Shown piece after piece: positions 1 through 9,190 of a DNA stretch of 43,856 bases. Origin of the DNA: Omnitrophica bacterium GWA2_41_15 (GTDB taxonomy: Bacteria > Omnitrophota > Gorgyraeia > Gygaellales > Profunditerraquicolaceae); NCBI GenBank assembly GCA_919902445.1, contig CAKKQZ010000011.1:12783-56638 (forward strand), read 5' to 3'. The position numbers were made by a program, and so were the translations under genes. The notes beneath the pieces were generated by a model, which was given only the letters and a program-made list of their open reading frames with translations, did no database searches and was not told the DNA's origin. Position 1 is the stretch's first letter, and every line of letters begins with the position of its first letter.

Positions 1-79
1 CTCTCCTTCTACGCCCTCAACAGGAAAAGCGATGGTAGGGCTTCGAAGAGATTCGCTATGGTGATAGGTTTTTAAATTA

Positions 80-151
80 GGGCCCATAGCTCAGCGGTAG
101 AGCAGGTGACTCATAATCACTTGGTCGGAGGTCCGAACCCTTCTGGGCCCA
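80..151 (+). tRNA. tRNA with CAT anticodon, probably tRNA-Ile2 (lysidine type)
   Basis: Acceptor stem GGGCCCA/TGGGCCC, anticodon loop CTCATAA; body resembles bacterial Ile2 tRNAs; CCA not encoded; T-loop reads TCCGAAC. Confidence 0.85.
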
Positions 152-208
152 GTTGAAATTTTTAATCGGATTGAGAGGCCATAGGCCCAGAGCCGATAAG
201 ATTCAAAG

Positions 209-285
209 GGGCGATTGGCTCAGTTGGTTAGAGCGCCACACTCACATTGTGGAGGTCAGAGGTTCAAGTCCTCTATCGCCCACCA
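209..285 (+). tRNA. tRNA-Val(CAC)
   Basis: GGGCGAT/ATCGCCC acceptor stem, CCACA-CTCACAT-TGTGG anticodon arm, GTTCAA T-loop, encoded CCA. Confidence 0.95.
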
Positions 286-305
286 TTAAACCTAAGGAGA
301 TTGGT

Positions 306-1025
306 TTGACAGCTATTGACCTTAAAACACAGATAAGTAATTTAGTTAAGTTACAGACAATTGACAGCGAAATTTATTTCCTTAAGTATGAAAAGGAATC
401 TAAGCCTCGGGAAATAAAAACTATAGAGGCCTCTTTTGAAGAAAAAAAGAAGCATCTTTTAGAACTTGAAAAAAACCTGCTGGACCTACAAAAAGTGAGA
501 AAAGAGAAGGAATTAGAATTAGCCACAAAAGAAGAAAGCAACAAGAAATTGCAGGGCCAGCTCTATTCGCTTAAAACTAATAAGGAATACCAGCTAATGC
601 TGCAGCAGATTCAGTATGCAAAAGCAGACGCTTCAGTAATAGAAGATAATATCCTTCAGTTATTTGACCGGGCAGATAGGGGAAAAATAGAAATAGACCG
701 CGAAAAGCATCTCCTTCAAGAGGAAGAAAAATTATTCCTGGATCAAAAGAAGAAGGTTGAAGACAGGGTAAAAGATATCGATGACCGCCTTGCGCAGTTA
801 GAAGGTTTTAGAAAACAGGTGCTACCGGATATAGACTCTAAAATTCTTGTTCAGTACGAGAGAATATTGAAGAATAGGGATGGCTTAGCTATTGTTACGG
901 CAAGGGATAATTCCTGTCAGGGATGTAATATGTTTGTTCCGCCTCAAGTAATAAATCTGATTAAGATGTATGAACACCTGGTTACCTGCGAGATGTGTAA
1001 CAGGATACTTTACATCGAAGAATGA
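306..1025 (+). CDS. Coiled-coil protein with C4 zinc ribbon (DUF164/CT398/HP0958-like)
   Basis: Long coiled coil followed by CQGC...CEMC; start moved to TTG 306 behind AAGGAG because the ORF-track start runs through tRNA-Val. Confidence 0.85.
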   Translation: MTAIDLKTQISNLVKLQTIDSEIYFLKYEKESKPREIKTIEASFEEKKKHLLELEKNLLDLQKVRKEKELELATKEESNKKLQGQLYSLKTNKEYQLMLQQIQYAKADASVIEDNILQLFDRADRGKIEIDREKHLLQEEEKLFLDQKKKVEDRVKDIDDRLAQLEGFRKQVLPDIDSKILVQYERILKNRDGLAIVTARDNSCQGCNMFVPPQVINLIKMYEHLVTCEMCNRILYIEE

Positions 1026-1450
1026 AAGAATTAGATATTTATATCGACGGAGCTTCTAAGGGTAATCCGGGCCCGAGCGGCATAGGTGTGGTTATCTGCC
1101 GCAACGGAGAAACAATTAAAAATTTTTCTAGTTTTATCGGTAATACTACAAACAATGTTGCTGAATACACCGCTTTAATTTACGGATTGGAAGAAGCGCT
1201 TATGTTAAAGGCGGAGAGCGTTAAAATAAATACCGATAGCCAGCTTCTTTACAGGCAACTAAAAAAACTTTATAAGGTAAAGAGCCCTAACATTATCGGC
1301 TTGTATAACCAGGCCGAGCGCTTGTTTTCTCACTTTAAGCAGGCAACTTTAAAGAATATTCCCAGAGAAGAGAACAAAGGCGCTGATAAATTGGCAACAA
1401 AGGCAGTAAAGGATCAGATTAAAAAAGATAAATCTTTGAAAATTGGGTAG
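1022..1450 (+). CDS. rnhA: Ribonuclease HI
   Basis: DGASKGNPG, TNNVAEY, DSQL and N..ADKLA motifs. Confidence 0.95.
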   Translation: MKELDIYIDGASKGNPGPSGIGVVICRNGETIKNFSSFIGNTTNNVAEYTALIYGLEEALMLKAESVKINTDSQLLYRQLKKLYKVKSPNIIGLYNQAERLFSHFKQATLKNIPREENKGADKLATKAVKDQIKKDKSLKIG

Positions 1451-1872
1451 GTAGGAGGTGGTCGCCCCGCGCTTTCAGCGCGGGGAGGAAAGTCCGGGCT
1501 CCGGAGGACAGCGTAGCGGGTAACACCCGCCCTTCGATTATTATTCGAAGAGGATTATCCCGCCAAGCGATATTGAATTGCGGGCGGGATCCCGCCAGAG
1601 TTTTTAGATAGACTAGCGGGAGAGCCACAGAGACGAGCACTTATTTTAGGGACAGTCCCTCTATAGGTGGTGAAACGGGGCAATCTCTACGCGGAGCAAG
1701 GTGAAATAGGAGATGAGCCCACTTAGAGTGCGTTGGTGGGCAGGTGCTGGTCCGGCACGTTGAATCTCGGGTAAGCTGCTTGTCGCCGGCAGCAATGCCG
1801 GTACTTAGAGGAATGACCGCTTTAGATGCGCATACTCGCATCAAGACAAAACCCGGCTTATTCTACCTGCCC
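1445..1872 (+). ncRNA. rnpB: RNase P RNA (type A) with expanded P9 region
   Basis: GAGGAAAGTCCGGGCTCC, GGTGAAACGG, GAGCAAG and ACAAAACCCGGCTTA signatures; terminal pairing GGGTAGGTAGGA/TTCTACCTGCCC. Confidence 0.95.
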
Positions 1873-1883
1873 CTATTTAAAAT

Positions 1884-1920
1884 TGTGTAATGTGTAAAGT
1901 TTTACATTACACATTACACA
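1884..1920. terminator. Hairpin built from TGTGTAA heptamers, possible rnpB terminator
   Basis: Perfect 14-bp inverted repeat TGTGTAATGTGTAA/TTACACATTACACA directly after rnpB. Confidence 0.45.
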
Positions 1921-2003
1921 ATAAACATAAAACAATCTTCATTTTTTAGCACCCAAACCTATCGGATGGTTTGGTGTAAGCTTGTGCTTAAGGAGGAGTA
2001 AAA

Positions 2004-2759
2004 ATGTCTGGTCATTCTAAGTGGAAGACGAATAAAGGTAAAAAAATGGAGGCTGACGCCAAAAAAGGAGCAACTTATACAAAAATTATTAAGGAGCTCA
2101 CTATCATTGCCAGAGAAGGAGGAGGTAATCCCGATACCAATCCGAGGCTGCGCGCAGTTATGCAAAAAGCAAAAGAAGCAAATATGCCTTCAGATAATGT
2201 AAAGATGGCAATAAAACGCGGTACTGGTGAAATCCCGGGTGTAGTTTATGAGACAGTCACATACGAGGCGTACGGCCCCGGAGGGGTTGCTATTCTAATC
2301 GAATGCCTTACTGATAATAAAAACCGCACCAGCGCAGAAATTCGTAATATCATGTCCAAGAAAGGCGGCAATTTTGCCGGAGCCGGCTCTGTAAGCTGGA
2401 TGTTTACCATGAAGGGTTATTTCCTCATTGAAAAATCCCAGGCAAAAGAGGATACGCTTATGGATATTGTACTTGATGCCGGTGCAGAAGATTTGAAATC
2501 CGATCAAAAGAATTATGAGATCTTTACAGCACCGCAGAACTTTGAAAAAGTAAAACAGGCCATTGCAGTCAAAGGGGTAAAGTGGCAGGATGCTGAAGTA
2601 ACGATGGTTCCTTCTTCAACTGTTAGGGTAACCGGCAACGAAGCAAAACAGGTATTGGCTCTGATAGATTCCTTGGAAGAGCATGACGATGTTCAGCAGG
2701 TTTATGCCAATTTTGATATACCCGATGAAATTCTGGAACAGGCAGCCTCTGCCGCTTAA
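2004..2759 (+). CDS. yebC: YebC/PmpR family protein
   Basis: MSGHSKW, YEAYGPGG, TDNKNRT and DDVQQVYAN motifs. Confidence 0.95.
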   Translation: MSGHSKWKTNKGKKMEADAKKGATYTKIIKELTIIAREGGGNPDTNPRLRAVMQKAKEANMPSDNVKMAIKRGTGEIPGVVYETVTYEAYGPGGVAILIECLTDNKNRTSAEIRNIMSKKGGNFAGAGSVSWMFTMKGYFLIEKSQAKEDTLMDIVLDAGAEDLKSDQKNYEIFTAPQNFEKVKQAIAVKGVKWQDAEVTMVPSSTVRVTGNEAKQVLALIDSLEEHDDVQQVYANFDIPDEILEQAASAA

Positions 2760-2766
2760 ATAAAAG

Positions 2767-3249
2767 ATGAGGATTTTAGGGATTGACCCTGCTTTAACTG
2801 TCACAGGATACGGAGCCATTGATGCTAAAAAGAATAACATAACCCTGATAGAAGCAGGTATTATCAGCACTCATCCTAAAGAAGCATTGCCTAAGCGCCT
2901 CGATAAAATATACCGGGGAGTGAAAAAGTTGATATCCGATATGAAACCTGATGTAATGGTGCTGGAAAAACTTTACGTACATTACCGCCATCCTACAACC
3001 GCGTATATTTTAGGCCAGGCGCGGGGAGTAATATGCCTTGCCTGCGCAACAGAGAATATTGCCCTGGTTGAATATTCGGCAACAAGGGTCAAGAAGGCGA
3101 TAGTCGGCAAGGGGCTTGCTTCTAAAAGCCAAGTACAGAGAATGGTCGCTAGCATATTAAACCTTAATTGCCTGCCAAAATATAATGATGTTACAGATGC
3201 ATTGGCCTTAGCCATTGCACACAGTTTTATGACGAGGCCGGTATTATGA
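2767..3249 (+). CDS. ruvC: Holliday junction resolvase RuvC
   Basis: ILGIDP, LGQARG, G.G.ASKSQV and DALALA motifs. Confidence 0.95.
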   Translation: MRILGIDPALTVTGYGAIDAKKNNITLIEAGIISTHPKEALPKRLDKIYRGVKKLISDMKPDVMVLEKLYVHYRHPTTAYILGQARGVICLACATENIALVEYSATRVKKAIVGKGLASKSQVQRMVASILNLNCLPKYNDVTDALALAIAHSFMTRPVL

Positions 3250-3872
3250 TTTCAAGAATTACTGGTAAAGTTATAGAAAAAGGCGCAAGGTATTTAATAC
3301 TGGATATCGGGAATATCTGCTATGAGGTGCTAATACCGCAGGCAGTAATGCAAAGGATGGATGAAAGTATAGACGGTAATGGTAAGGTGAGCCTGGTCAC
3401 TTTTCATTATCATCAACTTGAGCCGGCAAAAAGTATTCCGGTATTAATCGGATTTTTAAATGAGATTGAAAGAGATTTTTTTGAGATTTTTATTACCGTA
3501 TCAGGCATAGGCCCGAAGGCAGCGCTTAAGGCGCTTAATAAGCCCATATCGCAGATTGCACAAGCGATAGACGAGGGGGACTTGAGTTTTTTAAAGTCTC
3601 TTCCAGGAATAGGGGAGCAGAGGGCAAAAGAAATCATCGCCAAGCTTCAAAATAAAGTTGGAAGGTTCGGGCTCATACAGGATGGCAAGGCAAAAGAGGC
3701 AGCTACAAAAACAAAAGACATCGCTGAAGAGGCCCTTGCTGTCTTGATGCAGCTTGAGTATAAAAAGCCGGAAGCTTCGGTAATGATAAAATCAGCGTTG
3801 GAAAATTCTCCTGAAATGCAAACTACGGAAGAGCTGCTAAATATGGTCTATAAACAAAGGAAAATAAAATAG
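3246..3872 (+). CDS. ruvA: Holliday junction DNA-binding protein RuvA
   Basis: MISRITG, VSGIGPKAAL and LPGIG HhH motifs; follows ruvC. Confidence 0.93.
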   Translation: MISRITGKVIEKGARYLILDIGNICYEVLIPQAVMQRMDESIDGNGKVSLVTFHYHQLEPAKSIPVLIGFLNEIERDFFEIFITVSGIGPKAALKALNKPISQIAQAIDEGDLSFLKSLPGIGEQRAKEIIAKLQNKVGRFGLIQDGKAKEAATKTKDIAEEALAVLMQLEYKKPEASVMIKSALENSPEMQTTEELLNMVYKQRKIK

Positions 3873-3873
3873 C

Positions 3874-4506
3874 ATGCCTCAGGATAATATTACATCAGCT
3901 GTAGAGGCCTTACTTTTTGCCAGCGAAAAACCTTTAACCATTGAACAGGCAAGAGGGTGCCTTGATAATCTGGATCCGGTTATGCTGCGCAGGGTAATAG
4001 AGGATTTGCAATCCGAATATGAGCAGTCGAACAAGGGGATGCGCATTATTGAAGTAGCCGGAGGTTTTCAGATGATAACCGCTCCTAACTTTGCTCCTTT
4101 CCTGAAAAAATTATTTAAAGCCCGGCATGTAGAAAGATTATCAAAGCCGGCATTGGAAAGCTTAGCAATTATTGCTTATAAGCAGCCTTTGACAAAGCTT
4201 GAAATAGAGTCGCTTAGGAATGTAAACGTGGATGGTGTTATAAAAAGCCTCCTTGATAAGAATCTTATCCGTATTTGCGGGAGGAAAAAAGTAGTGGGAA
4301 GGCCTTTTGTTTTTGGCACGACTAAACAATTCCTGGAATACTTCGGCCTAAAATCTTTAAACGACCTCCCTAAAATGGAAGAGTTTTCAAATATGCTGAA
4401 TAAAAACATAAGAAAAGACCCTGAGAAAGATATTGAGCCGATAGCAGACCCTGCCCTTCTTTTAAGAATAACGGGCGGGGAGAATATAGGAAAGGAGGGG
4501 CGCTAG
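3874..4506 (+). CDS. scpB: SMC-Scp complex subunit ScpB
   Basis: VEALLF, LS.PALESLAIIAYKQP, GRP..FGTT..FL.YFGL.SL.DLP. Confidence 0.95.
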   Translation: MPQDNITSAVEALLFASEKPLTIEQARGCLDNLDPVMLRRVIEDLQSEYEQSNKGMRIIEVAGGFQMITAPNFAPFLKKLFKARHVERLSKPALESLAIIAYKQPLTKLEIESLRNVNVDGVIKSLLDKNLIRICGRKKVVGRPFVFGTTKQFLEYFGLKSLNDLPKMEEFSNMLNKNIRKDPEKDIEPIADPALLLRITGGENIGKEGR

Positions 4507-5562
4507 ATGAACTTAAAAACACTGCGTAAGAAAATCGACAGTATTGATAAGAGAATAATCCAACTGCTTAATATGCGCGCTAAGATTACGGTGGATATTG
4601 CAAAAATAAAGCAAAAAAGCGGAAGTAGTATATATTCTCCGGATCGGGAAAGGGAGGTCTTAAGCAAGATAAAAGCATTAAGCAAGGGGCCGTTGGGTGA
4701 AAGTGCTCTTGATGCAATATACAGGGAAATAATGTCCTCAAGCCTTGCGCTTGAAAAACCTTTAAAAATCGTTTACCTTGGCCCGGAGGCGTCATTCACC
4801 CATTTAGCAAGCTTAAAAAGATTCGGTTCTCAGGTTGCATATGTTGCGGCGAATAGCATTACGGATGTTTTCGAGGACGTGGAAAGAGGAGCTGCTGATT
4901 ATGGCGTTGTTCCTATTGAAAATTCCATAGAAGGAATAGTATCGCATACTTTAGATATGTTTGTGGATTCTGATTTAAAAATTTGCGCTCAAATAGTTTT
5001 GGATGTATCGCATAATCTTTTAGCAAAATGCTCCAAAGAAAAAATCAGGCGCTTATATTCTAATCCGCAGGTATTCGGACAGTGCAGGATTTGGCTGCAG
5101 GAGAATTTACCCGCCTTAGAGCTTATTGAAGTATCCAGCACAACGCGCGCAGCGCAGATAGCAGCAAAAGAAAAATATAGCGCATGCATAGCATCTTCCT
5201 TAGCGGCTAAGGTCTATAATTTAAGGGTCGTAGCATCCGATATCGAAGATTCACCGCATAATATCACGCGTTTTTTTATAATCGGAAAAACAGACGTTAA
5301 AGAAACTAATCACGACAAAACCGCCGCCCTTTTTTCCATAAAAGACAGGGTTGGGGCTTTGCATGATATGCTCTTGCCTTTCAAGAAATACAAGATTAAT
5401 CTTACAAAGATAGAATCCCGCCCTTCTAAAAAAAAGGCGTGGGATTATTATTTCTTTGTTGATTTAGAAGGCCACAGGGATAACCCTAAAGTAAAAAAGG
5501 CACTTTTGGAACTAGAGAATAAGTGTACTTTCTTAAAAGTCCTGGGTTCATATCCCGTGTGA
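4507..5562 (+). CDS. pheA: Chorismate mutase/prephenate dehydratase
   Basis: N-terminal AroQ domain (LRKKIDSID), PIENS, NITRF, LTKIESRP. Confidence 0.96.
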   Translation: MNLKTLRKKIDSIDKRIIQLLNMRAKITVDIAKIKQKSGSSIYSPDREREVLSKIKALSKGPLGESALDAIYREIMSSSLALEKPLKIVYLGPEASFTHLASLKRFGSQVAYVAANSITDVFEDVERGAADYGVVPIENSIEGIVSHTLDMFVDSDLKICAQIVLDVSHNLLAKCSKEKIRRLYSNPQVFGQCRIWLQENLPALELIEVSSTTRAAQIAAKEKYSACIASSLAAKVYNLRVVASDIEDSPHNITRFFIIGKTDVKETNHDKTAALFSIKDRVGALHDMLLPFKKYKINLTKIESRPSKKKAWDYYFFVDLEGHRDNPKVKKALLELENKCTFLKVLGSYPV

Positions 5563-5581
5563 GAATAATTACTTTTTTACC

Positions 5582-6682
5582 ATGAAAGAATTAGTAAGAA
5601 AAAATATTTTAAATCTGTCCCCTTATATTGCGGGAAAGCCAATAGAGGAGACAAAAAGGCAGTTTGGTTTAAAAGAAGTTATAAAATTAGCCTCTAATGA
5701 GAATCCTTTGGGCCCGTCTCCTAAGGCACTAGGCGCTATCAAGAAAAGCCTTTTAGGCATCAACCGTTATCCGGACAGCCAGGGGTTTTATTTAAAAAGA
5801 AAGCTTGCCAAGAGTTTAGGTATTGAGCCGGATAATCTTGTGCTGGGAAACGGTTCTGATGAGCTTATTGATGTCATCATCAAGACATTTGTGGAAGAGG
5901 ATGAAAATATTATCACGGCGGACGTTACATTCCTGGAATATGAGATTATAGCCGGAACAAACGGCCGCAGAGTCATTAAAACCCCTTTAAAATATTTTAA
6001 ATACGATTTGGAATCCATCAAGGGTAAAATCGATAAAAAAACAAAAATTATTTTTGTTTCTAACCCTAATAATCCGACCGGTACCTATGTTACAAAATAT
6101 GAGGTTGAAGAGCTTCTGGGAGGTTTACCGGATAATATTCTGTTGGTTTTAGATGAGGCGTACAATACCTTTATCGACGTTGATGATTTTCCTAATAGCT
6201 TAAAGTATTTTAAGAATAAAAACGTAATTGTATTAAACACCTTTTCGAAGGCATACGGCCTTGCGGGATTAAGGATAGGTTACGCAATAGCAAGGCGGGA
6301 ATTGACAACATATATGGAAAGGGTAAGGCAGCCCTTTAATGTAAACTTATTAGCGCAGGCAGCCGCAGCCGCTGCTTTGGATGATAAAGAATTCCTGCGT
6401 AGGACCAGAAAACTTGTCCTTGAAGGTAAAAATTACCTCTATGACGGGCTGACAGGATTAGGCCTTGCCTATGTGCCAAGCGCAGCAAATTTTATCCTTA
6501 TTGATGCCGGGAGAGATGGCGTAGAACTATTTAAAGAGATGCTTAAATTCGGAGTGATTGTGCGCGACATGAAACAATACGGCTTGAATAATTTCATCCG
6601 CGTTACCATAGGGACAAAAAAAGAAAACGCAAGATTCCTAAAAGTATTGAGGAAAGTTCTTTCTGGAGGTAAAAATCGATGA
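5582..6682 (+). CDS. hisC: Histidinol-phosphate/aromatic aminotransferase
   Basis: KLASNENP, NPNNPTG, DEAY, TFSKAYGLAGLRIGY. Confidence 0.93.
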   Translation: MKELVRKNILNLSPYIAGKPIEETKRQFGLKEVIKLASNENPLGPSPKALGAIKKSLLGINRYPDSQGFYLKRKLAKSLGIEPDNLVLGNGSDELIDVIIKTFVEEDENIITADVTFLEYEIIAGTNGRRVIKTPLKYFKYDLESIKGKIDKKTKIIFVSNPNNPTGTYVTKYEVEELLGGLPDNILLVLDEAYNTFIDVDDFPNSLKYFKNKNVIVLNTFSKAYGLAGLRIGYAIARRELTTYMERVRQPFNVNLLAQAAAAAALDDKEFLRRTRKLVLEGKNYLYDGLTGLGLAYVPSAANFILIDAGRDGVELFKEMLKFGVIVRDMKQYGLNNFIRVTIGTKKENARFLKVLRKVLSGGKNR

Positions 6683-7695
6683 TTATTGTTTTAAGGCCGG
6701 ATGCGACTGAAGAGCAGATAAGTCATGTTATAGACAGGGTTAAGAAGTTAGGGTTGACTCCCCATGTATCAAAAGGAACCGAACGCACCATTATCGGCGT
6801 AATTGGCCCGGAAGACATCCTTAGAGTAACTCCTTTAGAAGTTTTTCCGGGAGTTGAAAAGGTTATGGCTGTCCTTGCTCCTTATAAACTTGTTTCGCGG
6901 GAGTTTAGGAAAGAGCCTTCTGTCATAGATTTAGGTAAGGGCGTAAAAATAGGGGGGGGAAAAATAGTTGTAATGGCCGGCCCTTGCGCGATTGAGAATC
7001 TCGAGACATTATTTGAAGTTGCCAAGGAGGTAAAAAAGGCGGGAGCAACGGTGCTACGCGGGGGGGCATTCAAACCGCGCACCTCTCCATATGCTTTTCA
7101 GGGCTTAGGAGAAGAGGGCTTAAAATATTTAAAGAAAGTTGGGGATGATTTGGGGCTGGTGACTATTACAGAAGTAATGGATCCACGCGATGTCGGCCTT
7201 GTTGTTGAGTATGCCGATGTTTTGCAGATAGGCGCTCGCAATATGCAGAATTTTAATCTTTTAAAAGAAGTCGGCATTACAAAAAAACCCGTTCTTTTAA
7301 AGCGCGGGTTATCTTCGACCATAAAAGAATTGCTTATGTCAGCCGAATACATTTTAGCAGGCGGCAATTTTAATGTAATTTTATGCGAGCGGGGGATTAG
7401 GACTTTTGAGGATTTTACTCGAAACACCCTTGATATAAGCGCGGTTCCGGCAGTAAAACAGCTTTCGCATCTGCCGATAATTGTTGATCCATCCCATGCA
7501 GCCGGAAAATGGGGTTTGGTCGCCCCGCTTGCAAAAGCAGCGGTAGCAGTCGGAGCTGATGGGTTGATTATCGAAGTGCATAGCCATCCTGAAGACGCTG
7601 TTTCGGACGGAGCCCAGTCGCTTATACCTTCTAATTTTTCTAATTTGATGCAGGAGTTAAAGGCATTGGCAAAAGCCGCAGGAAGAGAGATTTAA
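6679..7695 (+). CDS. aroF: DAHP synthase (type I-beta, with N-terminal regulatory domain)
   Basis: AGPC, GGAFKPRTSPY, QIGARNMQNF, CERGIRTF, DPSH. Confidence 0.95.
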   Translation: MIIVLRPDATEEQISHVIDRVKKLGLTPHVSKGTERTIIGVIGPEDILRVTPLEVFPGVEKVMAVLAPYKLVSREFRKEPSVIDLGKGVKIGGGKIVVMAGPCAIENLETLFEVAKEVKKAGATVLRGGAFKPRTSPYAFQGLGEEGLKYLKKVGDDLGLVTITEVMDPRDVGLVVEYADVLQIGARNMQNFNLLKEVGITKKPVLLKRGLSSTIKELLMSAEYILAGGNFNVILCERGIRTFEDFTRNTLDISAVPAVKQLSHLPIIVDPSHAAGKWGLVAPLAKAAVAVGADGLIIEVHSHPEDAVSDGAQSLIPSNFSNLMQELKALAKAAGREI

Positions 7696-7698
7696 CTT

Positions 7699-8523
7699 AT
7701 GTTTAGGAAAGTCGCAATCGTAGGCACCGGGCTTATAGGAGGATCCTTAGCCTTAAGCATTAAGAAGAAAAGGATCGCTTCAGAAGTTGTAGGGGTAAGC
7801 CGGCACAAAAAGAGCCTGGCTGCTGCAAAAAGAATAGGCGCCATAGATAAGGGCTCGCTAAACTTACGAATTATTAAAGATGCCGATTTAATAATATTAG
7901 CAACTCCCGTGAACATGATTTTGAATTTGGCTGCGAAAATATCGAAGATCTCCGGAACCGATGCAATAATTACTGATGTGGGAAGCACAAAACAGGAGAT
8001 CGTAGCTAAATTAGAGAGTATTTTTCCTAATTTTGTCGGAAGCCATCCTTTGGCGGGTTCTGAAAAAAGAAGTATTAGTAACGCTGACTCGGAAATGTTT
8101 ATAGGTTCTGTCTGTATACTCACACCAACAAGAAAAACGAAAAGGCCCGCTTTAAAAAGAATAAAAAGATTTTGGAATCGGCTCGGAGCAACCACAATTG
8201 ATTTATCTCCAGAAAATCACGATAAGATCCTATCCTTTACAAGCCATCTGCCTCATATCGCTGCCTTTTCTTTAATAGAAAGCGTTCCTCACCAATACCT
8301 TGAATTTGCCTCGGGAGGACTTAAGGACACAACGCGCATCGCGGCCTCTGATAGAGAATTGTGGGCGGATATATTTTTAAGCAATCGTAAAAACATCCTA
8401 AAGGGTATTGTGGTATTAGAGAAGAATCTCGCCAATATAAAATCTGCGCTGAACAATAAAGACAGAAAATCTTTGATCAAAATCCTAAAAAGAGCGAAGA
8501 AAAAAAGAGAAAAGCTACAATGA
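7699..8523 (+). CDS. tyrA: Prephenate/arogenate dehydrogenase
   Basis: GTGLIGGS, TDVGSTK, HPLAGSE, SHLPH, DTTRIA. Confidence 0.94.
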   Translation: MFRKVAIVGTGLIGGSLALSIKKKRIASEVVGVSRHKKSLAAAKRIGAIDKGSLNLRIIKDADLIILATPVNMILNLAAKISKISGTDAIITDVGSTKQEIVAKLESIFPNFVGSHPLAGSEKRSISNADSEMFIGSVCILTPTRKTKRPALKRIKRFWNRLGATTIDLSPENHDKILSFTSHLPHIAAFSLIESVPHQYLEFASGGLKDTTRIAASDRELWADIFLSNRKNILKGIVVLEKNLANIKSALNNKDRKSLIKILKRAKKKREKLQ

Positions 8524-9176
8524 TTGTTGCGATCGATGGGCCTGCGGGAGCAGGCAAGAGCACTATTGCTAAGATAATAGCCGAGAAGCTAAGGTTTCTT
8601 TATATCGATACAGGAGCAATGTATAGGGCTTTGACATTAAAGGTCATTGAACAGGATATTGATATAAAGGATACGCAACGTATCGTTGAAATTGCTGCTG
8701 ACTTAAGCATTGACTTGATAAATAATCCCGATGGCTCTTTAAAGGTATTTCTGGATGGCCGCGATGTTAGCAGGCAGATACGCGAACCCCGCATCACTAA
8801 ATTTGTTTCTGATATCGCTAAGCTAAAAGGGGTGCGCGATATCATGCTTAAGTTGCAAAGAGGCTTCGGCGAGAGAGGCAATTGTGTTTTAGACGGCCGC
8901 GACATAGGCACGATTGTTTTTCCTGATGCTAAAAATAAATTCTACCTTGATGCGCATTTTAAAGAACGCGTAAAGCGCAGGCATAAGGAGTTAAACGTGT
9001 CGGGTGAGGATGTGAGCGCTCAAGACGTAGAGTCGGATTTGCAAAACCGCGATAGCATTGATTCAACCCGTGAAATCGCGCCCTTAAAAAAAGCAGAAGA
9101 TGCAATTTATATAGATACGACTAATATAAGTATAGAGGAAGTAGTAAATAAGGTATTAAAAGAGATAAAACCCTAA
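8520..9176 (+). CDS. cmk: Cytidylate kinase
   Basis: AIDGPAGAGKST, DTGAMYRA, DGRDIGT. Confidence 0.96.
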   Translation: MIVAIDGPAGAGKSTIAKIIAEKLRFLYIDTGAMYRALTLKVIEQDIDIKDTQRIVEIAADLSIDLINNPDGSLKVFLDGRDVSRQIREPRITKFVSDIAKLKGVRDIMLKLQRGFGERGNCVLDGRDIGTIVFPDAKNKFYLDAHFKERVKRRHKELNVSGEDVSAQDVESDLQNRDSIDSTREIAPLKKAEDAIYIDTTNISIEEVVNKVLKEIKP

Positions 9177-9190
9177 ATCCGAAACCAGTT

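Noticed and set aside
1-75. Possible 3' end of an upstream gene
   Set aside because: Too short to assign a frame or product
153-305. N-terminal 51 codons of the 290-aa ORF
   Set aside because: They overlap tRNA-Val; an RBS and TTG at 306 give a typical protein length
1419-1844. Two minus-strand ORFs (73 and 67 aa)
   Set aside because: They are antisense to RNase P RNA and have no protein motifs
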